64,000 bases of DNA from Flavobacteriales bacterium (GTDB lineage Bacteria > Bacteroidota > Bacteroidia > Flavobacteriales > UBA1820), in the NCBI GenBank assembly GCA_017620815.1, contig JAGAUI010000037.1, positions 3,047 through 67,046 of the forward strand, given 5' to 3'. Both the position numbers and the translations under genes were made by a program. Numbering within the stretch: position 1 is the first letter of the stretch; every line of letters begins with the position of its first letter. The notes below the pieces were generated by a model. It was not told the origin of the DNA, did no database searches, and was given only the letters and a program-made list of their open reading frames with translations. This document shows positions 26,738 to 35,380 of the stretch, piece after piece.

Positions 26738-29458
26738 TTGCAAAGGTCATATAACATTATATATAAATGTATATCTCTGCTGGTATTGCTCTTGATGATA
26801 GGAGCAGATACCATGGCACAGAGTCGTCCTTTGCGTATCAAGGAGCAGGAGAAGGCGTCATCACGTAGTCTTCGTAAACCACTTGTTATGCCTATCTCTA
26901 GCACTATAGATACTGCTATGAAAGTAACGCGTGATAGTGCAGCGATAGCATCTATAGCTTCTCCAGAACTAGCCACCAAAGATACTGCCTCCAAATCTAC
27001 CAGTATCCTTATGTCTGACGTGCAATATAAAGCCAAAGACTTCTATGACATAGATGAGGTAAACAAACGTGCATATTTCTACAACGAGGCAGAAATTATC
27101 TATGGAGATATAAAACTCAATGCGGGATATATCATGCTTGACTATGGCAATGGTATAGCCTATGCTCGTGGTATAATGAACGATACTCTGGGTATCCAAG
27201 TCCAGAAACCTGTCTTCACACAGGGAGAGCAAAGCTATGACGCATATGCTATGGTGTATGATTTCAATAGCGAACGCGGTTATATCAAAAACGTTAAAAC
27301 AGAACAGACAGAAGGCTATGCTACGGGACGTTCTGTAAGAAAAGAGGGAGCTGATGTTTACTATGCCGAAGATTTCTATTTCTCTACCGATGAAAAATTA
27401 CGTGGGTGGATAGATGGTACAGGGGAGGTTACAGACTATTACATAAGAGCTTCACGAGCCAAGATGACCACAGGCAAGAGTTTGGTTACTGGGTTCTCAC
27501 AGATGTACATAGCCGATGTGCCTACACCGCTGGTCATTCCATTTGCATTTTTCCCTCTTAATACTTACCCTACTTCGGGTGTGATACTGCCTAGCTATAA
27601 CCTCACCGAAGACCAGGGATTTGGTCTTACAGGACTGGGGTATTATTTTGTTATAAATGATTACCTGCATATGCAACTGGAGGGAGATATTTATACCAAA
27701 GGGTCGTGGGCTATCAAGGCACAGATGGACTATTTATGGAAATATCACTTCCGTGGTTCACTTAATTTTGAGTATTCAAACGTAGTGATAGGGGAGGTAG
27801 GTCTTCCTAACTATTCCAAGAGCAAACCTTGGCGACTGGGATGGAGCCATTCGCAGGACAGCAAATGGTTGCCGGGTGTATCTATGTCGGCTAGTGTGAA
27901 TTTCTCTTCGGCGGGATATTACCAGCAGTCTCTAGACCAGATATATACCAATAACTACATAGCCAATACCGTTACCTCTTCATCTATTAACATCTCCAAA
28001 GTGTGGGGTAATAGTCCGTTCACCACTTCGATAAACATAAGCCAGTCCCAGAACAACTCTACGGGTACTATGTCGCTTACCTTACCCAACTTTACTTTAT
28101 CTATGAACCGTATATTCCCTTTCCGTAAGGCTAGTTCATCGGGTAGAAAGTGGTATGAAAAAATCAATGTAACGTGGAATATGAATGCCTCCAATACGGC
28201 TGCTAGTATGCCGATAGACGCATTTATGGGGCCAGATATGGGTAAATATATGAAACTGGGTGCTACACACTCTATCCCTATCAAGGCTTCTTATAACGTG
28301 CTTAAACATTTTAATCTTAACCTAGGTGTAAACTATAACGAGGCTTGGAACTTCAAGACTCTAGAGAAACGTTGGGATGATGAACTGGGGGCTGTGGTAG
28401 CCGATACGGTATCGGGTATGAAGTCTTTGCGTACATTCAGTACATCGGCTTCGTTGAGTACTATGCTCTATGGTACATTCCAGTTTAAGGGAAAGGGTTC
28501 GCTTAAGGCTATACGTCACGTGATGAATATATCTATGGGATATACATATGCTCCAGACTTCTCTACACCTTTCTGGGGTTATTACTATGATGTATATACA
28601 GGAGGCCCTATGGGAGCACTTGAACATTATTCATACTTTGACGGAAATCTAGGACCAGCAGTGCCACCTACTTATGGTAGTATGACACAAGCGATATCGT
28701 TCTCTATAAACAATAGTTTTGAGGCCAAAGTGATAGACCGTAGCGACACTACTGGCACCAAGACCAAAAAAGTTAAACTGCTGGATAACTTCACGATAGG
28801 AGGCTCATATAACTTTGCAGCACCGTCCTTTAAGTTATCATTGTTGCCTATATCATCTGGTATGTCATTTTTTGATAACCAGTTACAGGTGCGTTTTGGC
28901 ATAACGCTTAACCCATACAAGGTGGACGAAAATTACAAGCTGATAGACGAATACTGCTTCCCTCGTCTTACCAATGCCACTGTCAATGCTTCGTTTAATA
29001 TAGCCAACGGTACGTTCTCACGCTATAAAAACCAAGAGCAGGAAAAAGAAAAAGAGACAGAATCCTCACATAGTAAAAATAGAGACAGCGAAGGCGAATA
29101 TGACATGGATGGTTATATGAAATATACCCCACAATGGCGTATAGACATAAACCAGAGTTTCTCATATTCCAAGGTTTCTCCCAAATCCAATATCACCAAC
29201 TCATTGAGTCTAAGTGCTTCTATAATGCTATCTTCCAAATGGAGTGTAACGGCTAGAACAGGATTTGACTTTCAGAATAGTGAGTGGGCAGACGTACACT
29301 TTGGTTTTGCTAGAGACCTTAACACTTGGCAGATAACATTCTCTTGGGCTCCTGTATCATATTACTCAAACTACAGCTTCTTTATAGGTATAAAAGCCAA
29401 TATGCTTAAAGACCTTAAATATGAGCAGCGTAGAACATTCTCCCGTAGCATAATGTAA
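26738..29458 (+). CDS. Bacteroidetes-type LPS-assembly outer-membrane protein (LptD-like)
   Basis: 906 aa. Signal peptide, long beta-rich sequence, and divergent orientation to the amidase-MlaD operon. The only start that preserves the signal peptide is TTG at 26738. Confidence 0.65.
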   Translation: MQRSYNIIYKCISLLVLLLMIGADTMAQSRPLRIKEQEKASSRSLRKPLVMPISSTIDTAMKVTRDSAAIASIASPELATKDTASKSTSILMSDVQYKAKDFYDIDEVNKRAYFYNEAEIIYGDIKLNAGYIMLDYGNGIAYARGIMNDTLGIQVQKPVFTQGEQSYDAYAMVYDFNSERGYIKNVKTEQTEGYATGRSVRKEGADVYYAEDFYFSTDEKLRGWIDGTGEVTDYYIRASRAKMTTGKSLVTGFSQMYIADVPTPLVIPFAFFPLNTYPTSGVILPSYNLTEDQGFGLTGLGYYFVINDYLHMQLEGDIYTKGSWAIKAQMDYLWKYHFRGSLNFEYSNVVIGEVGLPNYSKSKPWRLGWSHSQDSKWLPGVSMSASVNFSSAGYYQQSLDQIYTNNYIANTVTSSSINISKVWGNSPFTTSINISQSQNNSTGTMSLTLPNFTLSMNRIFPFRKASSSGRKWYEKINVTWNMNASNTAASMPIDAFMGPDMGKYMKLGATHSIPIKASYNVLKHFNLNLGVNYNEAWNFKTLEKRWDDELGAVVADTVSGMKSLRTFSTSASLSTMLYGTFQFKGKGSLKAIRHVMNISMGYTYAPDFSTPFWGYYYDVYTGGPMGALEHYSYFDGNLGPAVPPTYGSMTQAISFSINNSFEAKVIDRSDTTGTKTKKVKLLDNFTIGGSYNFAAPSFKLSLLPISSGMSFFDNQLQVRFGITLNPYKVDENYKLIDEYCFPRLTNATVNASFNIANGTFSRYKNQEQEKEKETESSHSKNRDSEGEYDMDGYMKYTPQWRIDINQSFSYSKVSPKSNITNSLSLSASIMLSSKWSVTARTGFDFQNSEWADVHFGFARDLNTWQITFSWAPVSYYSNYSFFIGIKANMLKDLKYEQRRTFSRSIM

Positions 29459-29479
29459 TAACATAAATCCTCCATATAT

Positions 29480-29860
29480 ATGAAACAGATAATACTTACC
29501 CCAAATGCTCCATCTCCTATAGGAGCCTATTCACAAGCTGTTAAACACAACGGCATACTGTATATCTCTGGACAGATAGCTATAGACCCTAGTACCAATA
29601 AACTGGTATTTGACGGCATCAAAAAGGAAACAACTCTTATAATGGAAAACATAAGCAATATACTCCGAGAGGCTGGTATGACTTATGAAAATGTGTTGTT
29701 TACCACTATACTGCTTAAAGATATAAATGACTTTGAGCGTGTAAATGACATCTATTCCAAATACTTTAACCCAGATACAGCACCTGCTCGTGCCGCTTAC
29801 CAAGTAGCTACTCTCCCCAAAAACGTCAACATAGAGATTACTATGATAGCTGGAGAATAA
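29480..29860 (+). CDS. ridA: RidA/YjgF-family reactive-intermediate deaminase
   Basis: 126 aa. Motifs PIGAYSQAV...LYISGQI and ARAAYQVATLP...VEI. Confidence 0.9.
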   Translation: MKQIILTPNAPSPIGAYSQAVKHNGILYISGQIAIDPSTNKLVFDGIKKETTLIMENISNILREAGMTYENVLFTTILLKDINDFERVNDIYSKYFNPDTAPARAAYQVATLPKNVNIEITMIAGE

Positions 29861-29878
29861 TTTTATCTCACTATATGT

Positions 29879-29914
29879 AAATCCCCGCCTCCCAAAGGAG
29901 GCGGGGATTTTTTT
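29879..29914 (+). terminator. Rho-independent terminator after ridA
   Basis: 14-bp perfect stem aaatccccgcctcc/ggaggcggggattt with loop caaa, followed by a T-run. Confidence 0.85.
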
Positions 29915-29951
29915 ATGAGTCATGATATTTGGTAAATTTGTAGGAAATTAC

Positions 29952-29959
29952 TATATTTG
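29952..29959 (+). promoter_or_regulatory. -7 promoter box (TATATTTG) for the tail-like gene
   Basis: Matches TAnnTTTG, 17-26 nt upstream of the candidate ATGs at 29976 and 29985. Confidence 0.5.
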
Positions 29960-29975
29960 ATTATAATGTAAATAG

Positions 29976-32900
29976 ATGAGAAATATGAAAAATATAGTAT
30001 TAGAAAAAAAAGGAGGTAGTATTCTCCCACTCAATAGTAAAAGCCCTCTTATATCTGTTATAACCGCACAGGTGCAGGAGGTGATGATGGGTGATAGCAT
30101 TTTTACTATGGAGATAGAGAGTGCCTTGCCTGTGGATTTTGAGGTAGGGGATAAAGTAAAGGTATTTAATAGTTATTATTATCTCAATAGATTGCCACAA
30201 GTAGAACGTGTATCGTCTAGGCATTTGAAATATAGTGTTACTATGGAGAGTGCAGTGTATTTCCTCTCCCACGTCTTGCTTACCAATACATATGATAATC
30301 CTAGCAGCTTTAACGCCACCGAAGCCGATTTTACCTTCACTGCCGATGCCCGTGGACTACTCAATATGTTATGCCAGAATATGAACAGAGTCTATGGTGA
30401 TGGTCTATGGAGTTGGGAGATAGTGGATAACGGGGTGGACGAACACTTCAATCCAGAATACGACAAGGTGCACAGCATAGCTTTCTCTTCACAGAATGTG
30501 CTTTCGGCATTGGTTAATATAAACGAGTTGTGGGGAGCAGATTACCGTGTGGAAGAGACATCTACGGGATATGTGATACAGGTGGGGCGATATGGGCAGG
30601 ATATACATCAGTACACATTTTCTTATGGCAAGGGAAATGGTCTTTACAGCCTCACTCGTACATCATCACAGGATAGTGTTATAATCACCCGTCTATATGC
30701 TTATGGCAGTAGTCAGAATCTAGGTGCAGGGTATCGCGAGGGACGTAAAAGATTGGCACTGCCACTATCGGGAAATGATGAAAGAACCCGCAATGGACTA
30801 TACATACAGGACGATGTAGCAGTGGAGCGTTATGGGTTGGTAGAAGGAGCAGTGATATGGGACGACATATACCCTCATAGAGAAGGTGTGGTAAGTGCGA
30901 TAGATTCTAGTAGTGAGCTTTGTTTCTGTGATGAAGAAATGTTTGACCTTAACACTAGAGATGAAAAAGGGAATAGCCTATATCTTACATCGGGAGCTAG
31001 CCTTGCGGTACATTTTAATACGGGAGCATTGGCAGGGTATGAATTCAGTGTGGCAGGTTATAATAGTATTACACACCGCTTTACACTCATCCCTTTTACC
31101 GATGAGAATGATTATACATATCCTTCGCCTAATGATGCAGCTTTCCGCATAGCAGTGGGGGATAAATATGTACTGCTGGGCTTGAGCCTGCCAGATGAGT
31201 ATATTTCTAAAGCTGAAAGTGAACTGGAAAAACGTGCGGTAGAAAAATATGAAGAGTGTATAGCCCGTAGTAATAGTTATCAGCTATCTATAGAGGAAGA
31301 CTTTTTAAGACGTTATTTCCCAGTAGGAGATACTGGACATGCTTTCATGGTAGGTGATTATATCCATATCTATGATAGTGATATAACCGATGAAGTACTT
31401 GCATTGCGTGTGATGGCTGTAAATAGAGATGTTTACAGACCATGGTCATATAACCTCACACTAGGAAAGGCCGCTCCTGCTTCTTTCATGGAACAAATAG
31501 TCAAGGAAACAGTTGAAAACTCACGGGTGATACACCACAATAAACTCAAAGACCTTTCAAGAGCCCGCCGCAATACCCGTACTACTGCCGAGGTGATAGA
31601 TATGACATTTGATAGTGATGGGTATTTCATAGGGGGTAAGATACGTCCCGAAACGGTAGAGACGATGGTGCTTAATGTGGGAGCTACATCGGGTAATTTT
31701 ACTCTGGAGGGTGTGCAGATGACGGTAGATGCGGCAGGATATACTTCGCAGTTTGAGTTTACTGATGGCGTACTTTCACATTTCGGACTAGACAAAGAAA
31801 AAGTCATCACATGGAATATAATGGGAGGGACTATCTATGAGTTGGAAGATGACAAAGCATATTACATATATGCTCGTTGTGGAAAAAATGATAGTTCTGG
31901 CACAATCATAGCATCGAGGGATGCATATAGATATAATATAGAAGGTGAGTTTTATTATTTTCTCATAGGTGTACTATCCAGTGTGATGGATGGTTATAGG
32001 ACTCTATCGGCTTCTTATGGTACGACACTTATAAATGGTAGAGAGTTATGTACAGGGGTTATAAAATCGGTCGATGGGAATACATATTTTGACTTGGACG
32101 CAGGAGAGATAGGAGGCAGGATAGTTCTATCTGATAAATCACGTACCGATGCAGGGGAAACTATAATTTCTGGAGGCAAGTTAAACAATTTGCTTATAGA
32201 CACCGATACCCTTGTTGCCAAAAAGATAGAGAGCTGTGAGGGTACGATAGCCGATTTCACTATCCAAGAAAAACAACTGGTAGGCGATGGCAACAAAGTA
32301 ATCTTTTCAAACGAGGTACTGCCTACACTGGAGGACTTGTTAAGCAAAGGAGATACTACATACCCAATAGGTAATAGCAATGTTTCTAATGGCAGTGAAA
32401 CATCATCTATGGGTGATGGACGTGTAGAGCTATCATTAGGGGTGGAATTGCCTACTATGGAGATACCATACGCAGGTATGATGACATTCCGTGTGAGAAA
32501 CACTCGTGGTATCACGTGGAATGACGGGGGAGGTAGATTATCTACCGATGCAAGTAATACTAATGTGCGGGTACAACGAATAGATGCAGATGGTTCTCTT
32601 ACCGATACTGCTGTCTATGCCATAGAGCCAAACACCATTCGTACTATATCTACATACATACCACAGGCGGGAAGTTATCGTGTGATATGTGAGAGCAATC
32701 ACGAGTGCCAGAGTATGTGGATAGAGGATAGCGGTGTAGATGTTTACCCTACCTACACACTTGATGCCAAAATAGAGCTATTGGGTGTTGCGACAGATGG
32801 TATGGTACACCTTACAGGCGGTCAAGAGTGTACGCAGATAGGCACAGATGGTTTTTATTCGTTTTGGAGTGTGATAAACTACCTTTATTTCTCCCAAGAC

Positions 32901-33323
32901 GAAGGACTTAAATTTAAGGGCGATTTCACTGCTACATCATCTAATGGGGAATATAAACTTGCCATTACCGATAATGGTATCATCATAACGGGCGATGTAT
33001 CGGCAGACTATTCTTCGGGTAAGGTGTTATTTGATATAGCTAAAGACCGTACAAATGTAGAGTCTGGTGAGACCTTTGGAGAACTTTTCGGGAAAGTGCA
33101 ACGTTATTTTTCCGACCTTAAATCCGTTGCCTTTACGGGTAGTTACAACTCCCTAACAGATAAACCAGAAATACCTACTATCCCCGAAATTCCCGATGTG
33201 TCTTCTTTCATAACCACCGAAGAAGCACTGTCTGCTATTTCCACATATACGTATTCTAGGGAAGAGATAGAAGAAAAATATGTAGGGTATGACATCGTAG
33301 GAGAGACCGATATAGATATATGA
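29976..33323 (+). CDS. Phage tail-tip / minor structural / fibre-like protein (orphan)
   Basis: 1115 aa with no signal peptide. The N-terminal roughly 300 aa resembles the phage minor-structural/prophage-tail N-terminal region. It is followed by a coiled coil (SKAESELEKRAVEKYEE). The segment INGRELCTGVIKSVDGNTYFDLDAGEIGG and the C-terminal VAFTGSYNSLTDKPEIP motif are both common in phage tail fibres. Confidence 0.7.
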   Translation: MRNMKNIVLEKKGGSILPLNSKSPLISVITAQVQEVMMGDSIFTMEIESALPVDFEVGDKVKVFNSYYYLNRLPQVERVSSRHLKYSVTMESAVYFLSHVLLTNTYDNPSSFNATEADFTFTADARGLLNMLCQNMNRVYGDGLWSWEIVDNGVDEHFNPEYDKVHSIAFSSQNVLSALVNINELWGADYRVEETSTGYVIQVGRYGQDIHQYTFSYGKGNGLYSLTRTSSQDSVIITRLYAYGSSQNLGAGYREGRKRLALPLSGNDERTRNGLYIQDDVAVERYGLVEGAVIWDDIYPHREGVVSAIDSSSELCFCDEEMFDLNTRDEKGNSLYLTSGASLAVHFNTGALAGYEFSVAGYNSITHRFTLIPFTDENDYTYPSPNDAAFRIAVGDKYVLLGLSLPDEYISKAESELEKRAVEKYEECIARSNSYQLSIEEDFLRRYFPVGDTGHAFMVGDYIHIYDSDITDEVLALRVMAVNRDVYRPWSYNLTLGKAAPASFMEQIVKETVENSRVIHHNKLKDLSRARRNTRTTAEVIDMTFDSDGYFIGGKIRPETVETMVLNVGATSGNFTLEGVQMTVDAAGYTSQFEFTDGVLSHFGLDKEKVITWNIMGGTIYELEDDKAYYIYARCGKNDSSGTIIASRDAYRYNIEGEFYYFLIGVLSSVMDGYRTLSASYGTTLINGRELCTGVIKSVDGNTYFDLDAGEIGGRIVLSDKSRTDAGETIISGGKLNNLLIDTDTLVAKKIESCEGTIADFTIQEKQLVGDGNKVIFSNEVLPTLEDLLSKGDTTYPIGNSNVSNGSETSSMGDGRVELSLGVELPTMEIPYAGMMTFRVRNTRGITWNDGGGRLSTDASNTNVRVQRIDADGSLTDTAVYAIEPNTIRTISTYIPQAGSYRVICESNHECQSMWIEDSGVDVYPTYTLDAKIELLGVATDGMVHLTGGQECTQIGTDGFYSFWSVINYLYFSQDEGLKFKGDFTATSSNGEYKLAITDNGIIITGDVSADYSSGKVLFDIAKDRTNVESGETFGELFGKVQRYFSDLKSVAFTGSYNSLTDKPEIPTIPEIPDVSSFITTEEALSAISTYTYSREEIEEKYVGYDIVGETDIDI

Positions 33324-33376
33324 TGTTTAGATAAATATATATGTGTGTTTATGGGGTATTGGTGGTAAAAAAAGAC

Positions 33377-33384
33377 TACTTTTG
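33377..33384 (+). promoter_or_regulatory. -7 promoter box (TACTTTTG) for the secreted protein gene
   Basis: Matches TAnnTTTG, 20 nt upstream of the ATG at 33404 and inside the longer ORF prediction. Confidence 0.5.
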
Positions 33385-33403
33385 TACCATAAAACATTTT
33401 GGT

Positions 33404-34315
33404 ATGAAAAAGATAATTTTAGTTTTATCCCTTGCTTTCATGGGACTTTTTATAACAAGCGGTAATGTAAAATATGGTAAAAACACCCGCCTTACCAAGG
33501 ACTCTATGACACTGCCTTACTATCTCTCTAGTGGAGAGTCTAGTGTGAGTGCATTGGATTTCTTACATAGGGCAGATACAGCATCTTTCTGGAATCTGGA
33601 AGATATGATAGTAGATGAGGTGCTATCTGGTAATGTGCCTAGTGTGATGAAAAAATTACGCAAGATAGTATTTACTACTGCAGTGGTAGATAGTGTAGAG
33701 ATATTAAAACGTCCTCATAAGATAGAGATGTGGATACTGCCAGACTATATCTCCATAGGTAATGATAAAGACTATGTGCGAATGCCTATGGGGCCATTGG
33801 CAGCACAACGCATAGCCGATACATTGGGTTGTATCCTGCCTACTACATACATAGTTGACCGCATAGCCGAAGCCTCACAGGGACATCTGGACATATTCCC
33901 ATTCCGTCCGTTGGGTACTAGGAACAGCCAGCCTATAGTCTATCAGGACAGTAACAACGCCATTAAAGCTCTATATAAAGCATATGGATATAAATATGGA
34001 GAACTCATATCGGGGCTTAAAAAAGATGTGGTTCTCACATATAAAATACATACCCTCAAAGGTCATGAACGCTATGTAGCTATTTACGGTTGGCATCATC
34101 CAGATGGACGTGTACAACAGCCATTACATACTCGTCACGGTAACTTCTATGCCGACTATAGCCACGGCATAAGAATGATATACCGCACTATAAAAGTAGA
34201 TGGTGTGGAGTATGATGCACGAGAGATATTGGAGTCGGAATCGCTGTATCGCTTATTGAGTGATGAGCCTATGCCACTAGGACAAGCCTCCTATGCTGGT
34301 TTCCCTAGATACTAG
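33404..34315 (+). CDS. Secreted hypothetical protein
   Basis: About 303 aa from MKKIILVLSLAFMGLFITSG (signal peptide). Has a His/Tyr-rich conserved-looking C-terminal half (IYGWHHPDGRVQQPLHTRHGNFYADYSHG). I do not recognise a family. Confidence 0.6.
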   Translation: MKKIILVLSLAFMGLFITSGNVKYGKNTRLTKDSMTLPYYLSSGESSVSALDFLHRADTASFWNLEDMIVDEVLSGNVPSVMKKLRKIVFTTAVVDSVEILKRPHKIEMWILPDYISIGNDKDYVRMPMGPLAAQRIADTLGCILPTTYIVDRIAEASQGHLDIFPFRPLGTRNSQPIVYQDSNNAIKALYKAYGYKYGELISGLKKDVVLTYKIHTLKGHERYVAIYGWHHPDGRVQQPLHTRHGNFYADYSHGIRMIYRTIKVDGVEYDAREILESESLYRLLSDEPMPLGQASYAGFPRY

Positions 34316-34344
34316 GTATATATAGTACACTCGAGAGAATTGCG

Positions 34345-34352
34345 TATTTTTG
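34345..34352 (+). promoter_or_regulatory. -7 promoter box (TATTTTTG) for the FNT-like gene
   Basis: Matches TAnnTTTG, 18 nt upstream of the ATG at 34370. M6 at 34385 is an alternative start. Confidence 0.45.
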
Positions 34353-34369
34353 CTGCTTGAAATAAATAT

Positions 34370-34981
34370 ATGGTAAATAATAGTATGAAACATTTTCTAT
34401 CTATGTCTGTTTTTGCGGGACTTCTTATAGGTATAGGAGGATTGGTCTATCTACGTGTGGGAGGTCTGGCAGGGGCGATACTTTTTGCATTTGGGCTGAT
34501 GAGTGTGGTGATGTGTGGAGCTCAACTCTATACAGGAAAATCGGGATATCTACCAGTGAGAGAAATACCTCGTCTTATCTTGATGTTGGCGGGAAATGCT
34601 GTGGGGTGTTTTATAGCCGCTATGATAGCTGTTTATAGTGTAAATGATAATCTCACTGCCAATCTTTCGGCTATACTTTCTGCTCGTGAGAGTGCCACAT
34701 GGATAGGGCTTTTGCTTACATCATCTGGTACGGGAATGATAATGACTCTGGCGGTATATGGAGCTAGGGAGAAACATTATCTGCCATTACTCTTTGGTGT
34801 GCCAGTATTTATACTATGTGGACTGCCTCACTGTGTAGCCGATGCTTTTTATTATGCGGTTGCATTGTTGAGCGGTGAATTTACAATGCCACTTCTAGGG
34901 GCTTGGCTATGGGCTATACTGGGTAACTACATAGGTTGTAACCTGCCGCGTATATTTATGGGTAGTGCCTTTAAGAACTGA
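34370..34981 (+). CDS. Formate/nitrite transporter (FNT) family-like membrane protein, short form
   Basis: 203 aa with 6 TM helices. The segments AQLYTG and GLPHCVADAF resemble the FNT motifs (A/E)LFTG and FEHSIAN. Confidence 0.55.
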   Translation: MVNNSMKHFLSMSVFAGLLIGIGGLVYLRVGGLAGAILFAFGLMSVVMCGAQLYTGKSGYLPVREIPRLILMLAGNAVGCFIAAMIAVYSVNDNLTANLSAILSARESATWIGLLLTSSGTGMIMTLAVYGAREKHYLPLLFGVPVFILCGLPHCVADAFYYAVALLSGEFTMPLLGAWLWAILGNYIGCNLPRIFMGSAFKN

Positions 34982-35002
34982 ATATATACATGATTCATCT
35001 CA

Positions 35003-35029
35003 AACCCCACATAACCATGTGGGGTTTTT
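35003..35029 (+). terminator. Rho-independent terminator after the FNT-like gene
   Basis: Stem aaccccacat/atgtggggtt with loop aacc, followed by a T-run. Confidence 0.8.
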
Positions 35030-35119
35030 ATTTGGCTTTATCTATATGGGTATAGAAAAATTTTATGTAAAGGAGAAATAATTGTGATATGATAAAAGAT
35101 TTTTAAGTATTTTTACCCT

Positions 35120-35377
35120 GTGAGAATAGTGGTAAATAAAATAAAAGCCATCTGGAGATTTTATAGAGATGGGTTTAAGAATATGACTTGGGGGAGGGAG
35201 CTATGGTGGCTCATTCTTCTTAAGGTAGTCATACTTTTTGCTGTGTTGAGAGTTTTCTTTTTCCGCCCTGTGATGTCTGGCATGAGTGATGTGCAGAAGA
35301 GTGAGATGGTGGGAAATCATCTTGTAAATCCCGACTATATAGACAACAATGATACATTAAATTTAATAACAGATTAA
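35120..35377 (+). CDS. DUF4492-like small membrane protein upstream of cydAB
   Basis: 85 aa with a GTG start and one TM helix. Its position immediately upstream of cydA is typical of Bacteroides. Confidence 0.6.
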   Translation: MRIVVNKIKAIWRFYRDGFKNMTWGRELWWLILLKVVILFAVLRVFFFRPVMSGMSDVQKSEMVGNHLVNPDYIDNNDTLNLITD

Positions 35378-35380
35378 ACT

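Noticed and set aside
32015-32515. A 166-aa minus-strand ORF inside the tail-like gene.
   Set aside because: It is antisense to a continuous 1115-aa ORF with phage-fibre motifs, and it has no start context or motifs of its own.
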